This document shows positions 13,980 to 27,460 of a stretch of 64,000 nucleotides of DNA, in pieces. Every line of letters starts with the position of its first letter. Position 1 is the stretch's first letter. Below the pieces are notes generated by a model. It worked only from the letters and a program-made list of their open reading frames with translations, was not told where the DNA came from and did not search any database. The stretch comes from the human T2T-CHM13v2.0 reference genome, Homo sapiens, in NCBI RefSeq assembly GCF_009914755.1, contig NC_060940.1; one strand, 5' to 3'. Made by a program: the position numbers and the translations under genes.

Positions 13980-14425
13980 TGTATTAGGGTTCTCGAGAGG
14001 GACAGAACTAATAGGAGAGATGTATATATAAAGGGGAGTTTATTAAGGAGTATTTACTCACACAATCACAAAGTGAGGTCTTACAGTAGGTTGTCTGCAA
14101 GCTGAGGAGCAAGGAAGCCAGTCTTGAGTCCCAAAGCTGAAGGACGTGGAGTCTGATGTTCAAGGGCAGGAAACATCCAGCTCGGGAGAAAGATGGAGGC
14201 CAGAAGACTAAACCCGTCTATTCTCTCCATGTTCTGCCTGCTTTTATTCTGGCCACACTCACAGCTGATTAGATGGTGCCCATCCAGATTGAGGGTGGGT
14301 CTGCCTCTCCCAGTCCACTGACTCAAATGTTAATCTCCTTTGGCAACACCCTCACAGACACATCCAGGAACAGTACTTCGCATCCTTCAATCCAATCAAG
14401 TTGACACTCAATATTAACCATCATA
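13980..14425 (-). mobile_element. MLT2A (HERV-L) solo LTR
   Basis: Matches the MLT2A end caatcaagttgacactcaatattaaccatc; 5-bp TSD gctgg at 13975-13979 and 14426-14430. Confidence 0.9.
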
Positions 14426-15214
14426 GCTGGGTTCTGTCAGTTGCTCTCCCAGGACTTTCCAGGGAATACAGATTAGTAGAGATAGAAGAAGATAAGGAAA
14501 GACTATTGCATGGAAGAGTTGCCTTAGTGATGATGAAATTGGAGGGAAATATGTAATGCTGCTGTGTTGGAATCTTCCCCATGAAGAATGCTTTCCCACC
14601 TTGGATCTACAGAGATGTCTTTTGTAATAGGGTTTGGCAGAAAAAGCAACAGACTAGGAGTCAGGCGGTCTCTGCTTTGCTATTTACATCCACCTAATTC
14701 GTAGAACCCAGACCCAACCTGCAAACTACTAAGTCCTGGCAAAACCGCAGCCATTAGCATGGGATCCACATTCCCAGTGCATGTTTAGATGGCCTTCTCT
14801 TCACCCTCTCTGATTCCTGGTTAATGTTTTCTTTGCCACCCTGACTTATGAGTATCAGGACTCATGAGCAGCAAGAAATAGAAAACCCAGCTCAGACTGA
14901 CTCAGGCCAAAAAGGGTATCCGTTGGCTTATCTAATTGTAGGCATTGCTGGGTATAAGGACTCCTTTGATTTGATTGGGACTCAGTTTCTTGCCATCTCT
15001 CAGTTCTGAGTTCCTTTTCCTTGACTCCACTTTTTAGCAGGGTCTTTCCTCCTGATGATGAAATAGTTGCCAGAGATGCTAAGCTTATATCCTCTAAAGC
15101 TTCAACTTCAGTAAAACAGAGAGCCAACTTCTGTTTCAGCAATGTCAGTAGTGTGTGTCACTAGCTTTGGAAGGGTGATTCTCCTGATTTGGGACTAGAT
15201 CAAATGTTCCCCCC

Positions 15215-15506
15215 AGCGAGGTGTGGTGGCTCATGCCTGTAAACCCAGCACTTTTGGAGGCCGAGGCAGACAGGTCACTTGAGGTCAGGAGTTTGAGACC
15301 AGCCTGGCCAACATGGTGATAACCTATCTCTACTAAAAATACAAAAATTAGCCGGGCATAGTGGTGGGCACCTGTAATTCCAGGTACTTGGGAGGCTGAG
15401 GCAGGAGAATCGCTTGAACTTGGGAGGAGGATGTTTCAGTGAGCTGAGATCACGCCACTGTACTCCAGTCTGGGTGACACGGCGAGACTCTGTCTCCAAA
15501 AAAAAG
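15215..15506 (+). mobile_element. AluS within an old MLT1-like LTR (~14860-15650)
   Basis: Dimeric Alu; flanks have MaLR-like features. Confidence 0.88.
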
Positions 15507-16090
15507 TACCCCCGCCCCACCCCTGCAGGAGAGGAAGCCCCACTCGAATCACTTGGGTTAAAAGTAGGGGAAGGGTTAATCTCAGGTGAAAAGGAGGTAG
15601 TACTGTTGCAAGAAGAGGGACTGGATAGATGTGGGTGACCCAACCATAACTACCTACTCTCCCTCAGCTCCCAAAACATAGCTCAAGCGTTCCTCAGTAG
15701 CAGGAATTTTACAAAACACTGCTGCAAGTTCCAATAAGAGGTATGTTGCAAATACCTAAAATTAGCTGGAATTTGTAACGAGTTTTTATTTTTAAAAATA
15801 AGTTAGAGTGGATTCAGAGTTATCCTGGTAAAGCTTTCAGTGATGGATATGTGAGCATTTTAATACGGTTGGCTCTATTTGTGTAAAACTTTGAAAATTT
15901 TCACAACAAAAAAGGTATCCCCTAAAGAATATCAATTTTACTCATTTGTTTTCCAAAACACTTTTTTTTATATGGGAGGTAGGTTGTCAGAGAAGGGGTG
16001 CTCAGGCCTGCTTGTTAGACTAGAGAAGGCTTCCTGGCCAAGTGACAGCTCAGGATGTGGGAAGTAGTAACAGCCAAGTGAGTGCATTTT

Positions 16091-16384
16091 TTTTTTAAGA
16101 GATGGGATCTCACTCTGTCACCCAGGCTGGAGTGCAGTGGCACAATCACAGCTTACTGCAGCCTTGACTTCCTAGGGTCAAGCCATCTTCCCACCTCAGC
16201 CATCCTAGTAGCTGGGACTATAGGCACACCACACCACCTGGCTAATTTTTTATTTTTTGTAGAGATGGGGTCTTGCTATGTTGTCCAGGCTGGTCTTGAG
16301 ACCAGAACTCCTGACCTCAGGTGATCCTCCCACCTCTGCCTCCCAAAGTTCTAGGATTATAATTATGAGCCACCACACCTGACC
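16091..16384 (-). mobile_element. AluJ
   Basis: Reverse Alu; tgcatttt on both sides. Confidence 0.88.
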
Positions 16385-18419
16385 TGCATTTTGAATACAA
16401 TATGAGAAGGGCTTTGTAAACTGTAAAGTGCCATAAAAGTATTGTAAGTATGTGGTGGAAGAATATTTTTGAAATATTAACATGATTTTCCCCTCAGCTT
16501 TTTTTCCCATTCTTACTGCCTTTGTTTTCTCCTCACTCAGCTAAGCCAGTCTATATTCATTCTATCAGGAGGAAGACTATGACAGCAGGAGAAAGAACAA
16601 AGAATCTTCTAAGGGGCACAGAAAAGAGAGAGTTATTAAGTCTTCCCCACCACCAGACTAGTAAAAAGATTCCCTAGACTGGGAGAACAGAGAGAGCCAG
16701 AAGTTCTATGCCTGAAGCTTTCCAATGACAAAATAAGAATTCCCCATGGCAGGTGAATGGGTAAATGATGGAAGTGTCCTATGCATGAATTATTATGTAG
16801 CCTTTAAAACGAATGCATTAAATCTATGCCAGTTCATTCGGAGGGGGCTTCTGGTTTACAACACCAACGAGATGTAGACAAAGATGCTACAAAATTCCTT
16901 TTTGTAGAACAAATGATGCCCAGCCCCCATTATTAACATAGACATTTGCACGTTTGCATACAGTTGCATGAGCATGGGCAAAAAGTATGAAAAGATACAC
17001 TTTGCTTCCTAACACTATTTACCTGGGGAGAGAAAATAAGTGGGAGGAATAGAAACTTAAAAAGTATGCACAATAAAAAAGCATTTGTGGCAATTCCATT
17101 TATGTGATATTCATATGTATACATACGTGTGTGAATGCGTATGTGTGTATGAAAAGATTACCACCAACTCAAATGGTACAGATATGTATGAAGAAACTCA
17201 AGATAAATAATAGTAACATTTTGATTATTGAGTTTCCTTATAGTTATCTAAATTGTTCAAATCATTTTCTCAAGCTTCATGTATTTTCCCACTTTTAAGC
17301 AGGCAATAACAGAAACTATCTTAAAGATAACACATTTAAATTTACTGACACACAGTAGGCACCTAATAAATAGTTTAAAGAAAATAAGTATAATTCTCAA
17401 AATTCAATAAAGATCTTGTCATTGTGGAGACAAAAAGAACCACGCTTGGAGAAGCCAGAGATAGCTGAGAAGATGCTCACTCTGTCTTCTCCTTGAAAGA
17501 AAAGCCAACACAGATTTAAGAGGTCCAAAAATGATAGAGAGGAAGAGAGAGAGAGAGAAAGATTTTCAACCTGCTGCTTTTCAACCAAAACATTGCAGCA
17601 AGGGCTGCAAGCCACATACGTGGAATATACTGAGAATTTAGCATCTGATCATGAGCAAACTCAGAGACATGGATGGTCCTTCCTGCTACTTCTTTGAGTT
17701 TGCAGGGCTTGGAGGCTGTAGCAGTGAGTGGTGCTGCTGTCCTAATGTCCTGACTATACCGGGAGCCACTCTTCGATCATTCTTCTGTCCATTCAGATGA
17801 GTAGAGATGGGCTGCATGAACGGTTTTATCCCCAGGATCAAGTGGAGCATCTGGCATGGAACAGCCAGCCACTCAGTAAGTGCTGGGTGAATGCATAAAT
17901 AAGTAAGGGAATGAGTAAATGAAGGGTTGAGTATGTGAGTGAGTGAGTGAATGGGTGAGACAATGGATGAATGAATAAATTTGCACCCCAGAAGAAGCTC
18001 TGACACAGCTTTGAATTACTCCTCCAGATGCGAGGGGCTTTGTGGAGAGCTGTCCATCATCCTTGCCTGCCCAAGGACAATGACTTCTCAGCTTTCACCA
18101 TGCATCCTGCAGCCATGGAGGGAAGCAAAATTAACTGGTCTCCATCAGCCTCCCCATCAAACATTTGCTGAGCACCCATCATGTGCAAAATATTGACTAG
18201 GAACTGTGGGAGATGGGAAGAATTCTGGAAACTCCTAACTCTCAAGGAATTTGCAGGGTTATCAGACAGTTGCCACACAAAGACATAAAAACATCCCCTG
18301 CTAAAATAAAGACCACGCCAGATATGTGCTGTAGGTATTCACCCCTGCAGGAACTCTGGGGAAAATGGGGCAGGAGGAGTCACCCTTGGATGTCACAAAT
18401 GGCTCTCCAAAGGAAATAG

Positions 18420-18640
18420 AACAACATCGCAGCATGAATTCTGAAGCCGGCCCACCTGCCTGCCTTGAATTACAGCTTCCACCAGCTGTCTGGCCTTGGA
18501 CAAACTACTTAACTCTCCACATCTGTCAAATGGGGATAATAATATAACAATCCCCCAATATTGTGAGGATGAAATAAGCTAATACTTAGGAAAAGCTTGG
18601 AACAGTGCTTGGCACGTCTTAAGTGTGATATGTGTGAGCT
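18420..18640 (+). mobile_element. MIR
   Basis: ccttggacaaactactt...catctgtcaaatggggataat...ttgtgaggatgaaata. Confidence 0.75.
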
Positions 18641-19629
18641 CCTTCCTTGATTCTCATTCTGACTTGAAGAGGATTTTTAGAGGGGAGACCCAGGGAACAG
18701 TGGGGCAGCCTAGACGGGTGGAAAGTGTTATGCTGGAGGCTTAACCTAACCTGGTTCAAAACCTGGTTCTGCTATTTCTACCAGTGTGACCTTGACTTAA
18801 ACTCTCCAAAGCTCAGTTCCTCACTTATAAAATGGTAATAACAAAACCAATTTCATTGAAAACGTATGCTAACGATGCCATGATAAATAATAGTTATTAT
18901 TAAAGAGAAACACAGTAAAGAAGTTCCCAGAGGGAGGTGAATAAATTAAGCATGATGACGTGCCTTGCTACTTCCCCATCTTTCTCTTCTTCCCCCAGAT
19001 TTGTTCAAGGTCTCATCATTACTGGTTTGCATTTCTATTTTAATCATGTTATAGGTTTACAGTATTTTTCCCCCTGCATCTTTATATGCTATAATTTGGG
19101 TACTATTTTTACACAACGAAGCCATTTTTAACCGAGAACAGATTCAATTGTCTTTCAGCATATATCATTGTTTATCTTAATTAATGCTAAAATATTCTTA
19201 GGGGGAAAAACACATCCCACAGAGTATTATGCGAAGAAACTTAGCATTCATTTTTGCCTCCCTCTTTTCTGGCATATCAATTTATAAAGGTTTTAGCATC
19301 CTGTTATTTCAATGACAATAATGCATGCTCTTAAACGCAGACACCCATCTGTGGGAAGCAAGTCACAGGGTGTCAACAGCAGCAAGGTGTGTGTTGCAGT
19401 GGAGGTGGAGGATTGACAGCTGGAAGAAGAAGGGGATTTTGCTGGTGAGAATAATGCCAAGTGAAGTCATAGGCTTTGTCTCTGATTGATCCATGGAAAC
19501 ATTCCTTGAGTAGAGCTGAATCTAGCTAGATTCCATGCTTGGAGTCTTTCTTAGTAAGGCTACTACTATAAGCACAGATGATGGAAAATGGATGATGTTT
19601 TTATTCATCATCCATTCTCTTTCCTTCAA

Positions 19630-20490
19630 ATAAGATGCCCCATGCACCTCTGAGGGAATGACCCTTTACACACTCAACCTAAGTTTTTTGCCTCTCCCTC
19701 CAGCTCTAGGGTGGGCATGTGATATAGAACTGACCAATCAATATCTATTATCTTTCTGGCCACAGTGATTGGGCAAGGGATAGCCATGTGACCCAATCAG
19801 AGCCAAGAGACTCAGTTTTGAGGCTTTAGATAGAACCACTGGGAAAGAGGGTTCTCTTTCTACTGGGATGCTGACCTGGCAGGAATATTACCCAGAGCTG
19901 CCTGTGACCATCTTTACTATGAAAAGGGGAGAGCTTGCCAAAGAATGAAGCTGTATTATAGTCTGTTCTCATGCTGCTAATAAAGACATACCTGAGATGG
20001 GGTAATTTATAAAGGAAAGAGGTTTAATGGACTCAAAGTTCCACATGTCTGGGGAGGCCTCACAATCATGGCAGAAGGCAAACGAGGAGCAAAGTCACGT
20101 CGTACATGGTGGAAGGCAGGAGAGCGTGTGCAGGGAAACTCCCCTTCATAAAACTATCAGATCTCGTGAGACTTACGAGAACAACACAGGAAAGACCCGC
20201 CCCCATGATTCATTTACCTCCCACTGGGTCCCTCCCATGACACATGGGAATTAAGGGAGCTACAATTCGAGATGAGATTTAGGTGGGGACACAGCCAAAC
20301 CATATCAGAAGCCAATATGAAAGAAAACAGAACTGAGAGATGGAGGCAGACTCTTGATGACAACTCCTGGACCCTGGATCAATTTTTGTTTAAAGCCAGT
20401 CTGCACTCTGCATCTTTGATGTAAACCAATGTATTTCCTTTATTTGTTTGTTTAAACTAAATTAAGTCATTTGTAATTTAAAGAGTTCAG
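19630..20490 (+). mobile_element. Old MLT1 (J/K-like) LTR interrupted by THE1
   Basis: catgtgacccaatcagagccaa...gagagcttgccaaagaatgaagc, continuing caatatgaaagaaaacagaactgagagatgg. Confidence 0.6.
19952..20307 (-). mobile_element. THE1 (MaLR) solo LTR
   Basis: tgtatta...ggacacagccaaaccatatca; TSD gaagc at 19947-19951 and 20308-20312. Confidence 0.93.
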
Positions 20491-20972
20491 AGAGGTGCCG
20501 TGTTTCAGTAGGGAACTGTAAAAAGCCAGGATATTCTGTAAATTAGAAGGGAATAATGTGGTGTTGACCACATCTGGGAGAATGTGCATCTGAGGGTGTC
20601 TTGCATGCCAAACTCACTTGTCTTCCTAATCAAGCAATAGTTTGGTAACTGAGAAGTTCCAAGTAGCCTTTAAGTCACACAATCATACTAGAGGAACTCC
20701 TAAGAACCTGGGTGACATTGTGATATAAAATGTGGAACTTCACTAGGTTATGCAAGAACCTCTGAAAAGGGTTGATAGGAAGGGTGTACGTTAGGTGTGT
20801 AAAGAACTAGGTGTGGGGGAACTAACTAGTACAAAAGGGATCTGGTGAATTTGGATTCTACCCTACTCGAGATGATGTTGGAGGGCTCTGATCAAAGTAG
20901 GGGTTTGGGGGCAGAATTATGACAAGTATCTATAGGAAGTCACTATCTTTTATTAAAAATTTGTTGTGAACC

Positions 20973-21198
20973 TGTCCTCACTCATAGTTGGGAATTGAAC
21001 AATGAGAACACATGGACACAGGAAGGGGAACATCACACTCTGGGGACTGTTGTGGGGAGGGGGGAGGGATAGCATTAGGAGATATACCTAATGCTAAATG
21101 ACGAGTTAATGGGTGCAGCACACCAGCATGGCACATGTATACATATGTAACTAACCTGCACATTTGTGCACATGTACCCTAAAACTTAAAGTATAACA
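20973..21198 (+). mobile_element. Young 5'-truncated L1PA (PA2/PA3-like) 3'UTR
   Basis: gctaaatgacgagttaatgggtgcagcacaccagcatggcac; perfect 18-bp TSD aaaaatttgttgtgaacc at 20955-20972 and 21199-21216. Confidence 0.93.
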
Positions 21199-22173
21199 AA
21201 AAATTTGTTGTGAACCAGATACTGTACTAAATGACTTACCTACACTGTTGTATTTAATTCTCTCAACAACCTGATGAGTTCTGTATCTTATTATATCCAT
21301 TTTACATGTAAGGGAGCTGAGGCTTAGAAAGCTGGAGTGACTTGGTCTGCCATGGCTAGGATTTCAGCTCATGTCTGTATGACTCGAAAGCATCTAGTGG
21401 GTGGTAACATTGGTTTGTAGACTTGAAACAACTTTGGCTAATGACTGGGGCACATGGAAGAGGGGACAGAGTCCAGCTTCCAAAGTTAGAAGGCTACCAA
21501 AACTAAGGTTTTGGTCAGAGATTCAACATTCCAGGGGCAGACCCTGATCCCAATGGGAGAGTAGATTTGATAGGGAAACTGAGGCAGGATCCTGGGACTG
21601 GAGCCAACACAGGGAGCATTAGTTGGGAGGGTTGTTGTGACCAGTCAACATACTTCTGGGGGCTTGTGGCAAAGAACAAACACAGAACTCCAAATGAATT
21701 CCCTGCCAGAGCTTGTTCAGAGTTGGCTTGGGATAGGAGAATCTGAGGGGAGTATGAGGCTGACAGAGAAAAAAGAGAGTCTTGTGGAATCCTAAGATTT
21801 AAAAAGAGAGGAAGAAAAGATGCCTTTTATTTATTAAACAGTGATTACGAAATACCTAACACATGGCCACGATTAGACTAGGCTCTTCCCATACATGAAG
21901 CTCAGAGAGGTCAAGTGAGTTGTTCAGGGTAACACAGGAGCTGTGCCTGGGTATGAAGCTGTATCTGCTCAAACATAAAGGTCTTTTCATGGTGCCAGAG
22001 TCTACATTTCCCAGAGTACTAAGATAGTGACTTGATCATCAGCACTAAATATGTGTCGTAAAGATAGCTCACATTTACAGATATTATAGCTACTCTGTGC
22101 CCTGCAAGGTGCTAACGACTTTACTTGGATTATCTCAACTTATCCCCCAGACAACCTATGACGTTTAGCCAGG

Positions 22174-22231
22174 CATCATCATCATCATCATCATCATCAT
22201 ATCATCGTTATCCTCATCCTCATCCTCATCA
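22174..22231. repeat. (CAT)n microsatellite within MIR sequence
   Basis: About nine pure CAT units followed by degenerate (CATCCT). Confidence 0.9.
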
Positions 22232-23933
22232 TTGTTCTTGAATGATGAAAATTGGAGCTCAGAAACTCAACCTGTGTCAAGATTACAAAGCTAGCAATTC
22301 TGGGTCAGAACCTGAACCCAGGCAGCCCGCACTTTCGATGTGCCCAAGCTTATATCTCCACCTACAACTCTGCCTCAGTTTCTCCCTCTGTAAAATGAAG
22401 ACAGTAATAAGGCACCTCACAAGGTTATTGTGAGAACAAAATGAACCGCTGCATACTAGGAGCTTAACAGACTGGCAAAGAAAACTCCATCAATGTTGGC
22501 TTTCATCGGGGCTATTTTAATTTTTGCATCACCCTCTTCAAAAGGGCACTTCTCGCTTTCCCACGGCTAAGCTGCCACACTCAAGTGTGCTGGAAAAAAA
22601 GGCTGGGTAGCTCACAACGTGCGGGGGCATCTTAGTGTAATCCTGGGGTGAGAGATAAAAGAAGCTCGCTTGACATAACTTCATAAACCCATTTTAATCT
22701 AAACATTGATTTTCCTTTGGAACAATCCCTTTCCCCTTGCTCACAGTCCCACCACGCCTCTAATACAGACGTGGGTATTGATAACATTATTGAGATAAAA
22801 CAGTCGCCTCTTTCTTATTCCCTTTATTCATCAGTCACCCCAGGCCTGTCTTTGTCTTTTTTCATCCTCTGCTACCCAGCATTATTCATTGGAGTGCCTT
22901 CTTTTCCCTCACCCTCCATAACTCAAGGTGAAAGTTTTCAGTAATGACAAGTAGTAAAATATGAGAGATTTAAGCAAATTCAACTGGAAATAATGTGAAA
23001 AAATATTATTCGCTCCGGACACATGCTTCTCTTTTGATCTTCCTTGTCCAAGATACATTTTAAAAAAAATACTCCTTTGATAACAAGAAGTGAGCAGGGG
23101 CTAAAAGGAAACCTTATGTCTTTGTTGGGAAATAATTAGTCTGATCGAATCGCTTGCTTTCTGATGGACAAAGGAGTCTTTAAAGAAAATCATTTGTGTT
23201 CTCTGGGCCCCTTCAGGCAGCACAGCTTTCCGAGGCTTGGGCTTTTAGATGAGAGTTTGGGGAATGGAAAATTTCCCTGAATAAGAAATCAGAGAGCTTG
23301 ACCTACACAGTTACCTCTCTCTTAACATGACAACAATTGGCAATTACTTTTTGATCCAAAGTGTGAGGATGAATATGGAAAGGAAGGGCGAATCATTCTC
23401 CTTCTTCTCAAGCTCATTCTCTCTTTAGACCTGCACCTGAAGCTGATTTTCTTTTCTTTTTTTTTTTTTTCCAGTCCCAGCAATTCAATATAATCTATAG
23501 CTGGAAATACCTATGTTAGCTGCAGCTGGGGGAAAAAGCAGTTGGCAAATTCATGAATCAGGGCTTCTTTTCTTTTTCGCTTGTGAAAGGTAACTTCCGA
23601 CAGCTTAAGGGTGATTTGGAATGAAGCGTGGGTTGGTTCCTAGTGTCAGCACATTGCCTAGTTGTTCCAGCCAGGCTGGCTGTAATGAAGCGTGGACATC
23701 CATACATAGTTTCAGTGTCAGGGACACCGGTGACTCTAATGAAGAGAGGACCTTAACTTTGATGCAGAATCATGATTGTTTATAGCTGTGTGGTGAAGAA
23801 TGGGCTCTGAAATCCATCGCACTTCGGTGAAAATGCTGTTTGGTCTGCAATGTGAAGCTGATAGCTTAATTTCTCTGATACTCAGTGTCTTTACCTGTAA
23901 AATGGTGCCAATATCAAAGTAGCTGTCTGGTAT

Positions 23934-24130
23934 AGCAGGGTTTCTTAATCTTGGCATTATCAACATTTGGGGCCAGGACATTCTTCATGGTGAGGGGCTG
24001 CCCTGGGCATTGTAGGGTGTTTAGCAGCATCGTTAGCTTCTACCCACTAGATGCCAGTAGCACTCTCCCCCCACCCCATTATGACAACAAAAATCGTCTC
24101 CAGACACTGCCAGTGTCCCCTGGGAGGCGC
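23934..24130 (-). mobile_element. MER20 inserted in a MIR
   Basis: gcagggtttcttaatcttggcattatcaacatttggggcc...gtctccagacactgcca. Confidence 0.85.
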
Positions 24131-24267
24131 AATCCCTCCTCCCTCCCCTCACCGAAAGCCGCTGCCATGGAGCTATTGTGAGAATGAAATGAAATAATCC
24201 ATACAATGCTCTCAGCACTGTTTAGTAGACAGTACATAGTAAATGCTCAATACGAATTAGTTGTTAC

Positions 24268-24475
24268 TCAGACACCAAGAGGGTAACAACAGGCGCACAG
24301 ACACTGGGGCCTATTTGAGGGTGGAGGATGAGAGGAGGGAGAGGAGCAGAAAAAATAACTATTGGGTACTAGGCTTAGTACCTGGGTGATGAAATCACAA
24401 ACCCTAGTGGCACAAGTTTACCTATAGAACCAACCTGCACATGTACATCTGAATCTAAAATAAAAGTTTGAAAAA
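24268..24475 (+). mobile_element. Old L1PA/L1PB 3' end
   Basis: gacactggggcctatttgagggtggagg...ctattgggtactaggcttagtacctgggtgatgaaat...ctaaaataaaagtt. Confidence 0.85.
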
Positions 24476-24740
24476 TGAATAAATAACTATTACTTGTTAC
24501 TGTATTAATAAAACTGTCAATAGAAACTCAACACAATCATTTTTTTTCTCTTGAAGAATCTTATAGAATCTCTGGATCTTTAGTGTCCCAATTTCCCTGA
24601 TATTGGCTAGGAAACCTCAGTTGCCCCACCTGCCACTTGTCAAATGTTTTGTTTTTGGCAAAACCATCCAGTGCTAGGAGCAGGCAAGTCAATTTCCAAG
24701 TGGTTCTGTGAATGAAGGGTGTCCTCTCACTTTAGTCCCA

Positions 24741-24874
24741 GGGAAATAGCTAATGCACCTGGGTTTAATACCTAGGTGATGAGTTGATAGGTGCAGCAAA
24801 CCACACAGGCACACTTCTACCTATGTAACAAACATACACATCCTGCACATGTACCCCAGAACTTAAAAAAAAAG
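24741..24874 (+). mobile_element. L1PA 3'-end fragment
   Basis: aatagctaatgca...taatacctaggtgatgagttgataggtgcagcaaacc...cccagaacttaaaaaa. Confidence 0.85.
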
Positions 24875-25180
24875 TTCAGAAAGGATCAGGAAAGGAGAGA
24901 TCATATCCATAGCAGTAGGGACAGCAACACTGAGGATCTGAGTAATTAGAAGTCAACCAAAGCTTCCTCATCCTTTGGGGAGAAAGCAGGATGCCCAGAA
25001 GAGGTAACCGCAGTTGCTCCCTGGGGCCTGGAGGTCTTGTGTGCATGCTGGAGTGGGAACAGGGAAAGGGGCAGGTGGCGAAGAGCAACAGATGCAATCA
25101 ACTTTCTCCATCTATGCTTTAGTTCTAGCGACTTCTACCACTTGATGGACTGCACCTAATAGTAACCACTGTTTGAACTC

Positions 25181-25531
25181 TATCATGGCCTGAGTTGTGT
25201 CTCCTCAAAATTCAAATGTTGAAGCCCTATTTGGAGATAGGAACCTTAAGAAGGCAATTAAGGTGAGGCCCTAATCCAATAGAGCTGATGCCCTTGTAAG
25301 AAGAGAAAGGCACCAGCACTCTGTTTTTCTCCTTATGCAGAGGAAAGGCTGTGTGAGGATGGAACAAGAAAGCAGCCATCTGCAAGCCAGGAAGAGTGAT
25401 CTCACCAGAAGTTGAATTTGCTGGCACCTTGATCTTGAACTTCTAGCCACCATAACTGGAGAAAACAAATGTCTGTTGTTTAAGGCCCATCCTGTGGTAT
25501 TTTGCTATAGAGATCTGAGCAGACCAATATA
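25181..25531 (+). mobile_element. MLT1A-like solo LTR
   Basis: ttgtgtctcctcaaaattca...ggcaccttgatcttgaacttctagcc...cagaccaatata. Confidence 0.75.
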
Positions 25532-25805
25532 AGTGCTTACCAGGTGCTCGGCGTGGTCACTCATTTCGTTCTCATAATGACACTTTGAGGTAGGTTTTAC
25601 AGAAGAGGAAACAAGCTCAGAAAGGTTAAAAACATGTCCAGCGTCCACACAAATAGGAAATGTACTGCTGGGCCTGTCCATCTTCAAAAAAATGAGGTCC
25701 TTAACCACCATCTCAATGTGGGCTGTCTCTATCCCCACATCACCATTTCTAGAATGTTGACATTGTACAAGTCTCTATGTCAGGGATTTAAATAAATTAG
25801 CTCTT

Positions 25806-26080
25806 GCACTTTGGGAGACCAAGATGGGAGGATCACTTGAGACCAAGAGTTTGAGACCAGCCTTTCCAATATGGTGAAACCTCGTCTCTACTAAAAATAC
25901 AAGAATTAGCCAGGCATGGTGATGCACACCTGTAGTCCCAGCTACTCAGGAGGCTGAGGCAGGAGAATTGCTTGAACCCAGAAGGCGGAGGGTGCAGTGA
26001 GCTGAGATCTCATTGCTGCACTCCAGCCTGGGCAACAGAGCTAGATTCCATCTCAACACCCCCATCCCCACCCCCCGAAG
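25806..26080 (+). mobile_element. AluS, slightly 5'-truncated
   Basis: Starts at gcactttgggag; tail replaced by C-rich sequence. Confidence 0.88.
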
Positions 26081-27460
26081 AAAAGTACATCAGCTCTTTT
26101 AAATCTCTGGGTGGGGAACTCTTGCTGTGAGAAATGAGCTGATATTTGGTCTTTAGATATCACAGAAACAGCTACTGAATTTTACTGTCTACAATTTTAA
26201 TCCAACCAAGGATTCTGAGGGTGCATGGGGGTGAGGGCTCAGAAAGAGAAGAGCCCATTCAACTCCAGGTCACTCCAGGTGAGTTCACTCCAGGTCAAGA
26301 GTCAGCCAATGCTATTAGTGGCTGCAATTTGCTTTTCAGGGATCTGCTTTTATGCAAATGAAAGCAAGAGGTCTCCAACTAAGGAAGGGGAATGAACATC
26401 CCTCCTCTGCCCTACAATTCTAGTCCAAGATGTCTTTCTCCAGCTGGGGGCTTAGCAACAAATTGTATCTTCCTCCTTCGTTTCCTTCCAAGGACAATGA
26501 ATAATCATAATTCAAAGTAGAGCAAAGAGCCTGCATTTACACAGTGCACATTTCCAATGTTTTTTGAGATTACCTGATTTTACCTTCAAGTCATCATGGG
26601 AGGCAAGTGCTTTCTGACAGATGAAGTCAAGACATAGAAGTGAGGACTCTTGACCTCAACCCACTGCATTTTTCCCAGGTGGTGCCATTTGGCTGGCAGT
26701 AATGCTGTAGCCACTTGGCATCCATCACAGGTAAGGGCAGCAGAATTAGAGGCAGACAGACCTAGGTTTGAATCCTGCCTCTGACCCGAACCATCTGTCT
26801 GACATTGGACACATTAACTTATCTCTTTGAAAATGGTGTAGAGAAAATGAAGATGGAGATCATAATGATCTGCAGGGGTCAACCCCATACAATTTGAGGG
26901 GATCTATGGAAAGCACAGTGCTTGGCATATATATGATCAATGCTTAGCAGCTGTCTTTGCTGTTCCCAATGGACAAGAACTTTCTAGAATGTATAAGGTC
27001 TGTGCCTAAGCACTTTCTTTCACGATCCTTGTCCATGTCATGGGGTCCTCTGAAGGACCTTAGAGGTCATTCTTAGTTTGGCTGGGGCTTCCCTTGGGTA
27101 GGAAAGATAACGTAGTTCTGAACCAGGCAGTATTTAATGAGTGTTCACTCAGTTCTTGGCCAACTACTCTAATGACCAAGAGTCCACAGAATCTGTTGTT
27201 TATGAACGCCAGCCTTGAAGTCAGATCAAGTCCCAGCTCAGCACCTACTAGCATGTGTCCCATTGGACAGTTGTGAGAATTCAATGGGATAAGGCATGTG
27301 ATATGCTCAGCACACTGGCACACAGTATGATGGAGCTGACACAATCTTCCCACCAGCCCCTTTCTCCCCATTTCCTCCCAGTGCAGATGGACGTAAGGAG
27401 CTCTGCAAGTTGGTTAAGTTTCCCTTTTACTTCTCTCATTCCTTCACTGGAGGATGGCTA

